A DNA stretch of 64,000 nucleotides from NCBI RefSeq assembly GCF_036588685.1, contig NC_086373.1, forward strand, positions 112,592,001-112,656,000, written 5' to 3'. The position numbers were made by a program, and so were the translations under genes. The notes beneath the pieces are model-generated. The model made no database searches and was not told where the DNA came from. It saw only the letters and a program-made list of their open reading frames with translations. Origin of the DNA: Mytilus trossulus (Eukaryota). How positions within the stretch are numbered: position 1 is the first letter of the stretch; each line of letters begins with the position of its first letter. Shown here one piece after another: positions 26,141 to 40,500 of this stretch.

Positions 26141-28710
26141 AGAACTACAAATAAGAAACAGCATTTGTTTGCCGTAGTTCAAGAAACGACAAAACAGAAA
26201 AAAATGAATATGATTATAAGTACAGTTACCTTTTGTTACTGTAAGTTTAGGTTAATCTTACAATTAATAATGAATAACATTAACACTGATTTAGCCTGGA
26301 GAATATAGATCATTGATAATGTAGCGCCTATTGAAAGGTGTATGAATTTCAATTTTTTTTATATTCATTTGACGTTGAGCTTGACAGTCTATACAGACTT
26401 GTAAATATATCTTTATATGGGGGACAGGTAAGCGTGAACACGATTAAAAAATAAGTATTTAAAGATGTACAACAGAACAAGGCATGTCAAACGAAAAACA
26501 ACCACCTTTTTGAATTGATACGCAAAAAGCACATATGTTAATAACTGATTAAGGGATACAAATTTATTATTAAAACAAATTCAGGTAAGGAGATTATTTT
26601 AAATAAATAATTACTATTTGTATATAAACTGATTATAAATATTATAATTATAAGGACGTCGTTTTGTTTTTAAGAGCTAATTGCAGCCTATATATCTTTT
26701 GTTTATTATGACATTCAGTTAATATTTTTAAGATAAATCATTGAAACATGTACATATGTTATTTTGTCTCTTTTACCACAGGCACTTGTCTCAGATTTCC
26801 CCCTATATACCCTTATGTAACACTGTGTTATATAAAGGCATATCGGAATTTTTTTCTGAGAGAAGTGACCGTGTCTTTTCCCTCCACATAAATGTGGATA
26901 AATACCAAATCAATTTAGTGTGAGTGGCGTGTCAAGTTTTGTAACTTTCGTAAATACCATGTATTTTCATAAAGTAAATATAAATCACAGAATTCAAATA
27001 TTTACAATTTCACAATAATAACGTAGATGCGATGCTCAGAAAATATAGGCTTCCATTTCACCAATAATAACGTAGATGCGATGCTCAGAAAATATCGGAT
27101 AACTATAAAGTCAATGCTTCCAGATTTCCGAACATATATCCTGTTCTGATTATACTAACAAATGAGTTTATATTACGATGCTAACAAATGAGTTTATTTT
27201 AGCCTTTTTTTGTGTATATCAAATGACAAAGATTATCAAAATCTTTACAATAATTAGAGATGAACAAGTTATATCTTTGATATCTGACGCATTCAGATGT
27301 GAGCAAAGATTATAAAACAGACCCTGAATCTTAATCCTAGTTAACAAAAACAATGCACATAATTTAACATAATTTCAAAAATTCGAGATACAACCTATTT
27401 CGGTGTGTAAATCGGTGACAGACAGACGCCAAAGGGAGATTATTTATAAATACCTATCAAATTTGAGATAGACGTATTTTGAAAGTTTTCATTTCAAGTA
27501 TACTATTTTGAACTCTTTGTAGTTTTTGAATATTTGTTAATAGAGTTGTCTTTGAAATCCTTGTTATACTTTAATGTGTGTGTTTTTATAATGTAAATGC
27601 AATTTGGTCGTCTGTTGAGTAAGTCGGTCAGTGTATATTTTACTATGCTTCAAATACGAAAAAAATGGAGTGCATTATTTAAGGAGGAATTTACTAGTCT
27701 AAGAGACGTTTAAAATATGTGTAGCTTTCATGTTAATCAACAAGCCTTAACCGTAGATATTTCCTATACCATAAGAGTGTAAATAGGTTTATAATACGAT
27801 CAGAAAACAACCGGGGTGTCAACAACGTCATGTTAAAGTTAAATATATCCGGCATAAACATTTAGTCGATTAGTATCTGTCAGTAATAAAACCTGTTGGA
27901 GCAGAAACTGCACAATAGAATAAGGATTGCTTAATGTTAAAATTAAATTGTTTTCTTTAACTGTAAAATAAATAAGGTAAGTATGTTTAGCTTTGATTAC
28001 AAAGGACAACCGCCTTTTTTTTTTATCTGTCTCTGCTGTTTATCATTTGCTATGTTGTAAATATGTTTTCGTTGCTATACCACATATATATATGCTTTTT
28101 GCAATAAATTATTCATTCATTAAAATCTATAGCCATTACCCTAGTCCAGATAATCTTGATGTATGCAGAAAGTATTTTTCAATTTTTGAATTTGTATAGA
28201 TTCCTCATTCAATAGGGAGTCTTCCAACATGTCCAAAGCGTCACATCATTAGGACTAAACTTAACGCTAGCAATGATAATGACTTAAGATTTTTGTTCAT
28301 AAATAGCGTCATATTATAAGAACCAAACCTAACCCCAGCAATTATAATGATTTTAGATTATTGATCATACACAGTGTCATATCATTAGAACCAAAACCTA
28401 ACCTCAACAATGATAATGGTTCACACTTCTATTAATTTTATATATTATATTTCACAGTAATGAGAACATAGACTATTTAACAATATTAAGTTGATGGACA
28501 TTTGTTATAAATCTAAACCTTCGCTTTAAATCTATGATCGACAGTCGTCTCTGAATATCATGTCTCATTTCATTAATTTAGAAGGTCGAGATAAATGGCA
28601 GAAAAAGAAATATTGAAGCTGTATCAAAGCAATAATCCTTTTAATACATGATCATCCAAGAACAATGCAACTCAGACGAATTTTAAAATATCACCGATTA
28701 CCAAAATATA

Positions 28711-29975
28711 CAGTTCTAAAGATGCATAAAAGATGTACATATGTAAAGCTGTATATAAACTGCACATCTGTAAAGCTGTACATAAACTGCACATTTGTAA
28801 AGCTGTGTATAAACTGAACATCTCTAAAGCTTTGTATAAACTTTACAGCCGTAAAGCTTTATATAAACTGAACATTTGTAAAGCTGTGTATAAACTGAAC
28901 ATCTGTAAAGCTGTGTATAAACTTTACAGCCGTAAAGCTGTATATAAACTGTACATCTGTAAGCTGTATATCAACTGTACATCTGTAAATCTGTGTATAA
29001 ACTAAACATCTGTAAAGCTGTGTATAAACTTTGCAGCCGTAAAGCTTTATATAAACTGAACATTTGTAAAGCTGTGTATAAACTGAACATCTGTAAAGCT
29101 GTGTATAAACTTTACAACTGTAAAGCTGTATATAAACTGTACATCTATAAAACTGTATATAAACTGTACATCTGTAAAGCTGTGTATAAACTTTACAGTC
29201 GTAAAGCTTTATATAAACTGAACATTTGTAAAGCTGTGTATAAACTGAACATCTGTAAAGCTGTGTATAAACTTTACAGCCGTAAAGCTGTATATAAACT
29301 GTACATCTGTAAGCTGTATATCAACTGTACATCTGTAAAGCTGTGTATAAACTGAACATCTGTAAAGCTGTGTATAAACTTTACAGCCGTAAAGCTTTAT
29401 ATAAACTGAACATTTGTAAAGCTGTGTATAAACTGAACATCTGTAAAGCTGTGTATAAACTTTACAGCTGTAAAGCTGTATATAAACTGTACATCTATAA
29501 AACTGTATATAAACTGTACATCTGTAAAGCTGTGTATAAACTTTACAGCCGTAAAGCTTTATATAAACTGAACATTTGTAAAGCTGTGTATAAACTTTAC
29601 AGCCGTAAAGCTGTATATAAACTGTACATCTGTAAGCTGTATATCAACTGTACATCTGTAAAGCTGTGTATAAACTGAACATCTGTAAAGCTGTGTATAA
29701 ACTTTACAGCCGTAAAGCTGTATATAAACTGTACATCTATAAAACTGTATATAAACTGTACAGCTGTAAAGCTTTATATAAACTGTACATCTATAAAACT
29801 GTATATATACAGTGGATAGATATCGTATCACACAAGATGCAGTGGTAGAACTGATTAGCTTATACAGATTAAAAATGTGCAGTCTTTACAGAGTTGCAGT
29901 TTATATACAGCTTTTAAAATGTACAGTTTTTATACAGCATTAAAGATGTACACTTGATATGCATCTTTAGAACTG
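28711..29975. mobile_element. Tc1/mariner-type MITE (CAG...CTG, TA-flanked) carrying a 27-bp internal array
   Basis: TA|CAGTTCTAAAGATGCATA at 28709 and TATGCATCTTTAGAACTG|TA ending at 29977. Confidence 0.8.
28735..29810 (+). repeat. 27-bp minisatellite, about 40 copies (ATCTGTAAAGCTGTGTATAAACTGAAC)
   Basis: Clear periodicity, matching the 9-aa repeats in the ORF track. Confidence 0.95.
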
Positions 29976-30180
29976 TACAGAAAGATTACTTGTACTAAAG
30001 TAGCTGTGTATAATCCGACACTTGATTATTCCAACATCCTGCTTTAAACCACACATTTTCGTGGTCCAAAAATATGCCAACCTAGCAAAAAACCCCACCC
30101 TGAGTATTTTGACATAATCCAACATTTTTTTTCTGATCCCCCAGTCTGTCGAATAACACAGGTTTCACTGTAATTCAAAA

Positions 30181-30603
30181 CTGTCTACACACCTTGTCAC
30201 GTCCTCTCTGTCTACACACCTTGTCACGTCCTCTCTGTTTACACCTTGTCACGTCCTCTCTGTCTACACACCTCGTCACGTCCTCTCTGTCTACACCTTG
30301 TCACGTCCTCTCTGTCTACACACCTTGTCAGTCCTCTCTGTCTACACCTTGTCACGTCCTCTCTGTCTACACACCTTGTCAGTCCTCTCTGTCTACACCT
30401 TGTCACGTCCTCTCTGTCTACACACCTTGTCACGTCCTCTCTGTCTACAACTTGTCACGTCCTCTCTGTCTACACACCTTGTCACGTCCTCTCTGTCTAC
30501 ACACCTTGTCACGTCCTCTCTGTCTACAACTTGTCACGTCCTCTCTGTCTACACACCTTGTCACCTTGTCACGTCCTCTCTGTCTACACCTTGTCACGTC
30601 CTC
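30181..30603 (+). repeat. 25-27-bp minisatellite (CCTTGTCACGTCCTCTCTGTCTACACA)
   Basis: Clear periodicity. A paralogous array lies at 33203-33677. Confidence 0.95.
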
Positions 30604-31204
30604 TCCTCTGTTTATATGTGTGTTTTTTTTCTTTTATTCAAACTTGTCTCACGAGATTTTGTATACATTTTATTTGTGAGAATTGTCTTTTCTATACGTT
30701 TTGGTAACGAGCCATTATTTGGTAGATATTTTATAAGATATGTTGTAATGTCGTTTGAATGGTTTGATCAGCCTTGAATTGTGTATATTTGTAAGTTTGG
30801 CTTGTTAAAATCCAAGACTTAGATTTTAAACCAAATAATGATTCGACTTGATTTATAACGTATTGAATATTACAGTTACAGTTATTGAAATTTGCGATAT
30901 TTTACACGATTATAATAGTTTTGCTTGGTGTTTTAGAATCTTTCAATTTTATAAAGTACCTGATGTTAGAAATGTTAGAGATATTAGTAATTTAGTTCAA
31001 ATTTTACAATGTACCTGCTATTAGAGATATAAGTTCCTGATATTAAGGACATTCGTTTTCTTTAATGTTTTAATGTACCCAATTTAGGGTTATATATTAT
31101 GAACCTTTTATATAACATACGACCTGTTTAAGAATGAAATTATTTTAGTTAAAGAAGGTCATAATGAACTTGGAAAATATGTAAAGGCGTATAGAAAAAC
31201 TAAT

Positions 31205-31594
31205 AGACCACTTTCGAGTTCATCCGTCACCGGAAAAAACTCGTCAATTATACGCGCCTTTATCATCGTCATTTGTGCGTTTAGGGGCGTTGTCACTTCC
31301 TTCCAATGTTGAGCGAGTGGTTGGAAAACTATAATTCTATATTGTACGAATTATTCGGCAAATTGAATTCTCAAAATTGACAATCAACACTGCTGTCATT
31401 AGGGAAATGTCAGTAAGTACCTACAGAGCAACCATTATTTCTAGTTTATCCTGCACAAAGACGATCACTAAGACGCTTGAAGAACGTAAATAGTGCAGGG
31501 ATACAGGCGAGCCCCTCTATCTGGTAAATGACGTCATAAAGGCGTGTATAATTGACGAGTTTTTGCCGGTGACGGATGAACTCGAAAGTGGTCT
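31205..31594. mobile_element. MITE, 390 bp, ~70-bp TIRs (AGACCACTTTCGAG...CTCGAAAGTGGTCT), AT target duplication (ISL2EU/Harbinger-like)
   Basis: Near-perfect TIRs. The empty site ACTAATTTACG in copy B (about 37813) shows a 2-bp AT duplication. The superfamily is inference. Confidence 0.88.
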
Positions 31595-32259
31595 ATTTAC
31601 GTTATATGATATTCGAACGTGACTTAGTGTTAACACATTGTTGTTGACGTGTCACGAGACTAGAGTCAGACTTTGGGATTTTTGATAAATGGAATGATAT
31701 TTCTGAGTACATGTACCTATATATACCTATGTGCCTTTAATATCATTATTACGTTTATTAAAGTTTTATTGAATTCGTTTCTATATTATTTCGAAATAAG
31801 TAGACGGAATGTATGTCTATACCAATAATTTACATATTCTTTATGAACTCATTATAATACTGATATTCAAGATTATTCCTTTTCGTCTTTAAATGTAATC
31901 TCAATCTCTTTCTTTGTTAAATGTAGTCACGACTCTTTTTATTTTATATTTTGGTGAGTTGGATAATAGATGTACTTGGATATATTGCTTCGGTACAGTA
32001 TGTCATGTCATGCTCTATCGATCTTGATATATGATATGAAAAGAATTGTTATTTATAGATACATATGAAACATTAAGATAATATTTTATTTTAAAGATGT
32101 GCATTTGAGAACAATTGGTGTATACATTCTTTTATTTAGAAAAAGGATTAAAACCGCCATTTTAATTTTGGAATCTGAACAGACTGAAAATACTGTACAT
32201 TTTTGGAGACCCAATTTGTTTTATACCAATTTCTACTGTTTTCAAAATACTTTTTGTTA

Positions 32260-33195
32260 TGGTTGTTGTTCTCCTTCCTCTTCTTCTTGTTGTTGTTGTT
32301 CTCCTTCTTCTTGTTGTTGTTGTTCTCCTTCTTCTTGTTGTTGTTGTTGTTGTTGTTGTTCTTCTTCTTGTTCTTGTTGTTTAAAATTTTAAAATTCTAA
32401 TTATGTACACAAGCAATAACTTACTTAAATGTCCACATAGTATAGTTAAAATCTTAAAATCATATTGTCTGTAAAATCAGAGAATTTAACTGATTTTATA
32501 TCACACAGGGATCGTCAGACTCACAATAGACTATAAGCATTTAGCCTTCTAACATGCACAGCATAGCAATATTCTCTAGAGAATAAATTTCTTGTCATTT
32601 GACAATAATTAAGTCTTGCTGAACGAGGCACTGCCAGTCAATTAATAGTTGGCAGATTATTTGTCTATTAATAAACTGATTTGTCCATTTTTCCTGACCA
32701 ATTTTAGATATAATAAGGTTCTTCGATATTTGAAATTGTGATTTTCTTATATCACTACATGTCGAACATCTAGTGAGTATATGGAGAAAAGTCTCGTTTT
32801 CCAATCTGCATATAGGGCAAGTTGGATCCAGCTCAGACTGATTGAATTTCACTTTATGGATCTGTAGAGTGAATGTTCCTGTGCCATTCGAGCTTTTTTT
32901 ACTGCCTGTTTAACCTGTTTAACGGAGTTAGTAATAGTATCCCATGTTTTATGTGTTTTTCCTAAATTTTCACTAAATTCTCCTCGTTACTTTTTGTTTC
33001 ACAAGATTTCCAGAAGACACTTGATGTAGGATACAAGAAAATTAATAAATGTGTCCTCGGGCTCGAAACGTCAAAAGCATTTTACTTCGATTTTCCATTC
33101 CAATTAAGCGATACACTAGAAGCCTCTTACTAATTTTCTCATCCTTATCCATCAAAAAGCTGTTTTTGTCAGAAATCCAGATTGAAATGCCAATA
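32260..33195 (-). mobile_element. Decayed LINE 3' end with an (AAG/AAC)n tail-like microsatellite at 32260-32380
   Basis: C-terminal zinc-finger-like LDPTCPICRLENETFLHILTRC. Duplicated at about 38490-39365. Confidence 0.65.
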
Positions 33196-33202
33196 GGTTT
33201 TT

Positions 33203-33677
33203 TCTCTGTCTACACACCTTGTCACGTCCTCTCTGTCTACACACCTTGTCACGTCCTCTGTCTACACACCTCGTCACGTCCTTTCTGTCTACACACCTTG
33301 TCACGTCCTCTCTGTCTACACCTTGTCACGTCCTCTCTGTCTACACACCTTGTCACGTCCTCTCTGTCTACACCTTGTCACGTCCTCTCTGTCTACACAC
33401 CTCGTCACGTCCTCTCTGTCTACACACCTCGTCACGTCCTACCTTGTCACGTCCTCTCTGTCTACACACATTGTCACGTCCTCTGTCTACACACCTTGTC
33501 ACGTCCTCTCTGTCTACACACCTCGTCACGTCCTACCTTGTCACGTCCTCTGTCTACACACCTTGTCACGTCCTCTGTCTACACACCTTGTCACGTCCTC
33601 TCTGTCTACACACCTCGTCACGTCCTCTCTGTCTACACCTTGTCACGTCCTCTCTGTCTACAACTTGTCACGTCCTC
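33203..33677 (+). repeat. Paralogous 25-27-bp minisatellite at the duplication junction
   Basis: Same unit as 30181-30603. Confidence 0.95.
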
Positions 33678-34052
33678 TCCTCAGTTTATATGTGTGTTTT
33701 GTTCTTTTATTCAAACTTTTCTCACGAAATTTTGTATACATTTTATTTGTGAGAATTGTCTTTTCTATACGTTTTGGTAACGAGCCATTATTTGGTAGAT
33801 ATTTTTTAAGATATGTTGTAATGTCGTTTGAATGGTTTGATCAGCCTTGAATTGTGTATATTTGTAAGTTTGGCTTGTTAAAATCCAAGACTTAGATTTT
33901 AAACCAAATAATGATTCGACTTGATTTAGATATAATTATGATTTTATAACGTATTGAATATTACAGTTACTGTTATTGAAATTTGCGATATTTTACACGA
34001 TTATAATAGTTTTGCTTGGTGTTTTAGAATCTTTTAATTTTATAAAGTACCT

Positions 34053-37000
34053 CCCAGTTAACACAAAAATATTTTGTTTATGTTTTTAAAACATTTTGAA
34101 AAATGTTGTGAAAATATCGTAGAAAATATTAAAATAACGTGCCATTGTATGGTATCAAAAATATTTTCAAAACATTTTCTATAACATTTCCAGAATATTT
34201 GTAAGACATCATTAAAACGTTTCTAAATTTTGTTGACAATGTTTGTAAAATGTTTTATAAATGTTTGTTTTATATCAAAATATCCTTGAAACATTTTTAA
34301 AACATAAAACAAAAATGTTTTGCAGGAAATAATGTTGTGAAAATGTTCAAAAAACATTTTACAAAATGTTTTAATAATGTTCAAAAAACATTTTACAAAA
34401 TGTTTTAATAATGTTCATATTCTCAAAACATCATTAAAATGTTGTATAAATATCATTAGAAAAATGTTTTCTTACATCATTATTCAAACGTTTTATAAAA
34501 CATTATAAAACAGTTGATCCTGTTTGAATATGGGGGGATCCTTGGTCCCCGTATGGAGCTATAATTATGGTTTATCTAATTCCAACTATTTTACTTCAAC
34601 TTTGTTTAGTAAACATAATCCTAGATCTGCATCTGAAAAACACCACTATCATACTGATCTTTACCCAACATCTCATTTTACAATTGTTTGTTGATTACAG
34701 TTGAATCAAAAATATATTTTGTTTACTATCTCATTGACATTACCCTATTTTTTTGTATTTATTGAACACGTATTATTATTTAGTTTGTCATGGTTTTACA
34801 TACAGAAAGGTATTCTTTTTTTCTGATTTTAAATATCTTTGCGCATTTTTTTTAAAAGTATTTCTTGATCTCATGTTTGATCACAGTTACCATCAGACAT
34901 TTTTCTGCATAGTTTTTTTTAACTGTTTTCTCTGCTACCTTATATATTATTAGTCAACACTATACAAGATAGAACTACAATCATAAATGCAAAACATTTA
35001 TTCAATATTTTCATATCACTGTTCTTTTTCAAAGGTTCCTTTCTTCCATTCCTTTTATTTCCTTTGACATCTGCTGGCTTCTGTAAAATAAAGTGTAAAC
35101 AAATTAGTCCTTCAGTTTAGTGATTAAACAAGTGGAGCTTCAGTTATTAATCAAAATTACACTATAAACTATTTCTCTTCATTAAATCCAGTGGTTTTAC
35201 AAAAATATATTGAAAAGTGTCAACTTATCAGTGTTAATTGAGTGTGAAGCAACAATTTTATACATCTAGAGGTTTTTTTTATTATTATTAAACAAGTGTA
35301 AAGGTAGATTTCACCAGTTTTTAAAATAAGATTTTCTGAACTATAAAGAGTAGCCAGCCATGAAGAACCCGTAACATTTTCTTGGTCTTACATAAAAAAA
35401 AATGTTTTGTAATGGTTATTGTATATTTTCGCGCAAATATATGTAATGTAGATTGAGGATTTAAAATAATAAATACCTTCATAAAAATTTGCTCTTCCAG
35501 GATGGTTGAAGTCATTTCTAAGCTTATATTCTTCTTTAAAATCCCCATTTCCATTCTCCATTTTAATCTGCATTTCAGAAAATTTATCATAAATTTTGGA
35601 ACGTCTAATTGATCCTACAAAAGTTAAAAAAAACAAATCAATAAAATATAAGTTAGAAAAAGTCTCAGTGTAATAGTCAGCTACAAAGGCCACAACATTC
35701 AAAGGTGAACAGCTGCTCCATGTATATAAACAATCCACCAAAGTGTTATTCAAATTGGTTAAAGCTTTTTTGAGTTAGTGTCTGACATGTTGACGCAACA
35801 GATAGAGGAACGGACAGGCCTATCGACAGACGGACACAGTATACATTACCATAATACGTCCTGTAAAGGCGTTTAATTTAAACAATTCTAACAATAGCAT
35901 AATTCGTAAAGTTTAACGAAAAAACAAATTTGTCAGAAATGAACCGGCAACTACTGAATTAAACTCATGTCTTGGGACCGGCCTATAAATAACTATCTGG
36001 CTGGGCAATAGGTTGTAGGGCTCAACACAAAAGTACAAGTTACAAAAGCGTAAAATAATATATTATAGAGGCAACAACACTCGCTTTGTCAAATAGCAAA
36101 AGCTTTGATAATCATTGTGTATTTGAGATTCCCTTGATTAGTAGATGTGTAGCCAGCGATGGAGCAAATAATGCAAATAATGGGCTGACTTGTAATGCTT
36201 ATAACATAACTTTTCAGACATGCTCAGTGGTTACATGTGATTGCATTTATAGACTTTTAAATAATTTAAATAACCCTTTAGTTTAACCCTATTTGTATAA
36301 TTCACTGGACATACACATCACAACATCAAGGCAGACTAAATTATCATCATCCCCCTCTTTGTATTATACTTGTTTACACTCGTATTTATTCTTTGAATAT
36401 ATTAAACAAATTAACCAATATATTTTCAGAAGCATAACAATGATTTATAAATGTGAACTAGTGTCATATCTTACCAGTGTTAACGCATGATAAGGTTATT
36501 CTTTATTTTGTACGTTTCCTTTGTCTTTGTTTACAGCATGGCAATAAATAAAACTTCCGGTTACTGGTTCCAAAATTTCTTTGGATCATGTCCGTTGATC
36601 ATCGGGAACAGTTAGATTTTAAATGTGAAAACGTTTGATGTCGGTAGTGGAACATAAAATCCGGAAAATAGCAGTGCGTGCACTATGTATAATCAGAGAC
36701 ATATAAGACATTTTTTTACAATGATGTAAGAATATGTCGGTAGTGGAACATAAAATCCGGAAAATAGCAGTGCGTGCACTATGTATAATCAGAGACATAT
36801 AAGACATTGTATTTTATGTCTCTGGTATAATGCTATAGCATGGGATCGAGGTACAGCTCTCTGTCATTTAATAAAATAAAGTATTTTACATAACCTAAAT
36901 TAATGTTTGAAAAATGTTGTTAAAACATTTTCTATTAAATATTTTTTTGTAAATGTATTCATAATATTATTTTAGAATGTTGTTAAAATATGAGCAGCAA

Positions 37001-37573
37001 AATGTTTTATAAAGTCATTTTCTCAATATTAAATGCGAAACGTTTTTAAAATGTTTTGGGGTAAATGTGTTCATAATATTATTTTAAAATGTTGTCAAAA
37101 TATTAGCAACAAAATGTTTTATAAATTCATTTTCTCAATATTAAAAGCGTAACGTTTTCAAAATGTTTTCATCAAATATTATGAAGAAATGTTGTTAAAA
37201 TATCTCAAAGGCATGTTATTCAAACATTTCATGAAACATTTTTAGAAAATATTTTTAAAACATCGGAGTGATATTGTTAAGAATGTTCTACTTATATACC
37301 TTTAAAATGTTTTTCAGAGGTAGAACCTACATATATTCTGAACATTTATAAAACATTCATACAAAATATCTTAGAAAATATTATCGAAAACATTTTTATG
37401 AATATTCTTACATCATTGTAAAAATATTTTCAAAAAATGTTTTAAATAAATGTTTTAAAAATCAAAGAAAAAATATTCACATAACATCACGAAAATATTT
37501 GTTTGACAACGTTTTGATAAGACATTTATACAACCTTATAAAAATGTTTTGAAAATGTTTTGTGCTACCTGGG
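34053..37573. mobile_element. Non-autonomous EnSpm/CACTA-like transposon, 3521 bp (CCCAG...CTGGG, 2-bp CT TSD)
   Basis: Ends are CCCAGTTAACACAAAA / TTTTGTGCTACCTGGG, with dense subterminal AAACATTTT/AAAATGTTT repeats. The empty site AAAGTACCTGATG is at about 30953. No transposase ORF was seen. Confidence 0.85.
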
Positions 37574-40500
37574 CTGATGTTAGAAATGTTAGAGATATTA
37601 GTAATTTAGTTCAAATTTTACAATGTACCTGCTATTAGAGATATAAGTTCCTGATATTAAGGACATTCGTTTTCTTTAATGTTTTAATGTACCCAATTTA
37701 GGGTTATATATTATGAACCTTTTATATAACATACGACCTGTTTAAGAATGAATTTATTTTAGTTAAAGAAGGTCATAATGAACTTGAAAAATATGTAAAG
37801 GCAGATAGAAAGACTAATTTACGTTATATGATATTCGAACGTGACTTAGTGTTAACACATTGGTGTTGACGTGTCACGAGACTAGAGTCAGAATTTGGGA
37901 TTTTTGATAAATGGAATAATATTTCTGAGTACATGTACCTATATATACCTATGTGCCTTTAATATCATTATTACGTATATTAAAGTTTTATTGAATTCGT
38001 TTCTATATTATTTCGAAATAAGTAGACGGAATGTATGTCTATACAAATAATTTACATATTCTTTATGAACTCATTATAATACTGATATTCAAGATTATTC
38101 CTTTTCGTCTTTAAATGTAATCTAAATCTCTTTCTTTGTTAAATGTAGTCACGACTCTTTTTATTTTATTTTATATTTTGGTGAGTTGGATAATAGATGT
38201 ACTTGGATATATTGTTTCGGTACAGTATGTCATGTCATGCTCTATCGATCTTGATATATGATATGAAAAGAATTGTTATTTATAGATACATATGAAATAT
38301 TAAGATAATATTTTATTTTAAAGATGTGCATTTGAGAACAATTGGTGTATACATTCTTTTATTTAGAAAAAGGATTAAAACCGCCATTTTAATTTTGGAA
38401 TCTGAACAGACTGAAAAATACAGCATCATGCTGTACATTTTTGGAGACCTAATTTGTTTTATACCAATTTCTACTGTTTTCAAAATACTTTTTGTTGTTG
38501 TTGTTGTTGTTCTCCTCCTTCTTGTTGTTGTTGTTGTTGTTGTTGTTCTTCTTCTTGTTCTTGTTATTTAAAATTTTAAAATTCTAATTCTGTACACAAG
38601 CAATAACTTACTTAAATGTCCACATTAAAATCTTAAAATCATATTGTCTGAAAAATCATAGAATTTAACTGATTTTATATCACACAGGGATCGTCAGACT
38701 CACAATAGACTATACGCATTTAGCCTTCTAACATGCACAGCATAGCAATATTCACTAGAGAATAAATTTCTTGTCATTTGACAATAATTAAGTCTTGCTG
38801 AACGAGGCACTGCCAGTCAATTAATAGTTGGCAGATTATTTGTCTATTAATAAACTGATTTATCCATTTTTCCTGACCAATTTTAGATATAATAAGGTTC
38901 TTCGGTATTTAAAATTCTGATTTTCTTATATCACTACATGTCGAACATTTAGTGAGTATATGGAGAAAAGTCTCGTTTTCCAATCTGCATATAGGGCAAG
39001 TTGGATCCAGCTCAGACTGATTGAATTTCACTTTATGGATCTGTAGAGTGAATGTTCCTGTGCTTTTTTTACTGCCTGTTTAACCTGTCTAACGGAGTTA
39101 GTAATAGTATCCCATGTTTTATGTGTTTTTCCTAAATTTTCACTAAATTCTCCTCGTTACTTTTTGTTTCACAAGATTTCCAGAAGACACTTGATGTATG
39201 ATACAAGAAAATTAATAAATATGTCCTCGGGCTCGAAACGTCAAAAGCATTTTACTTCGATTTTCCATTCCAATTAAGCGATACACTAGAAGCCTCTTAC
39301 TAATTTTCTCATCCTTATCCATCAAAAAGCTGTTTTTGTCAGAAATCCAGATTGAAATGCCAATAAGCTTTTATTAGATTTCTTATAACATTCGAGGCTG
39401 AGAAGCCAATGGGCTCTGACTTAGAAGCTTTCATACAAAACGAGACTTAAGCGTTAAAGGCATTTTATGTAAGATTTTCAAATCTAGTTTGAAACACGAA
39501 AAGCCTTTTGCTTGGGACGGGATGGCTTCCTTTAGTAAATGTGGTATATAACACAAAGAATCCGAGTCCCGGTGCAGACATGCGTTTTTGTAATGAAATT
39601 CATACTCTCCGGTTACATTGGCGCTCACCAAAAAAAAAACACGGTAAGAAGAAATACTAGCCATGAAAGTAAAAAGTTATATGACTGATTCGATCCACAA
39701 AAATAATATCATTCATATACAGGTAAAAACGCTGATAAAGGTACTTTAACTTCAATATGATATCAAACAAATCTAGAAAAATCCAATGGCACGTGGTCGC
39801 TCACTAATTTATGTTATATTGGGTTATGTGACCGTCGGCAGTCTTTGGACTTTATCTCGATAGTCATACGTTAACGTCTAGACAAAATAAACACACGAAA
39901 TGTTATTACCTAATATCGAGTTTATGCATGTTAATTGTTTATTTAAGACTTTTTGTCTTTATATATGAGCATATGAGTCTAATCAGTAGACATAAATTTG
40001 ACAGCTAATGCCCCTTTAAGATTTCTCATATCAATCTACCATGAGTGACTGTTTACAACACATTCGCGAAATATTACGGCTACACATTTTTCCTTTAACT
40101 GGAAGTTTGAAGAAACTGTTATCCTTTAGTGCTGTTAATTTAGCTGGATTTTCTAAAATTTTATGAGTTAAGTTTAAATTTTTTATTTTAACCGTAACCA
40201 TTTTGATAGCGATTAGCTGAAAACTTTTCTTTGCAAATGTAAACATGGCTTTGTAGAAAGATTACCAGGCATGTTTTTTTTTAATTTGTATTGTTTCATT
40301 CATTTAACTGTTAAAAAATGTAGTTATTGCGTCTATAAACGTACTGTTTTGTACTTGGTCGCGATCACTTATGGTCTCCAACCGCCCCATATCCGATTCC
40401 TTATATATTGATTTATTGAAGTGTGGCAAATAAACTGTTTTGATTGTTATTTTAATTCTTGAAAGTTTGTCTTTTTTGCTTTATGTATCTGCTATATGCA

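Larger units (their letters stand above)
30181..39365 (+). repeat. Local tandem duplication: copy A about 30181-33195, copy B about 33203-39365 (core about 2.6 kb)
   Basis: 30600-30960 matches 33675-34052, 30960-31204 matches 37575-37818, and 31595-33195 matches 37818-39365. The copies differ mainly by one transposon insertion each. Confidence 0.93.

Noticed and set aside
26500-27990. Plus-strand exons suggested by strong donors (CAG|GTAAGG about 26585, AAG|GTAAGT about 27977) and an acceptor about 26781
   Set aside because: I could not build a coherent reading frame. They could be non-coding exons, but that cannot be supported without RNA data.
32099-32400. Cys/Ser-rich or Leu-rich small proteins
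   Set aside because: These are translations of a (GTT/CTT)n microsatellite.
39450-40019. Kolobok-like element ending GCTAATGCCCCTTTAA
   Set aside because: Only one plausible terminus was found, with no matching TIR or TSD.
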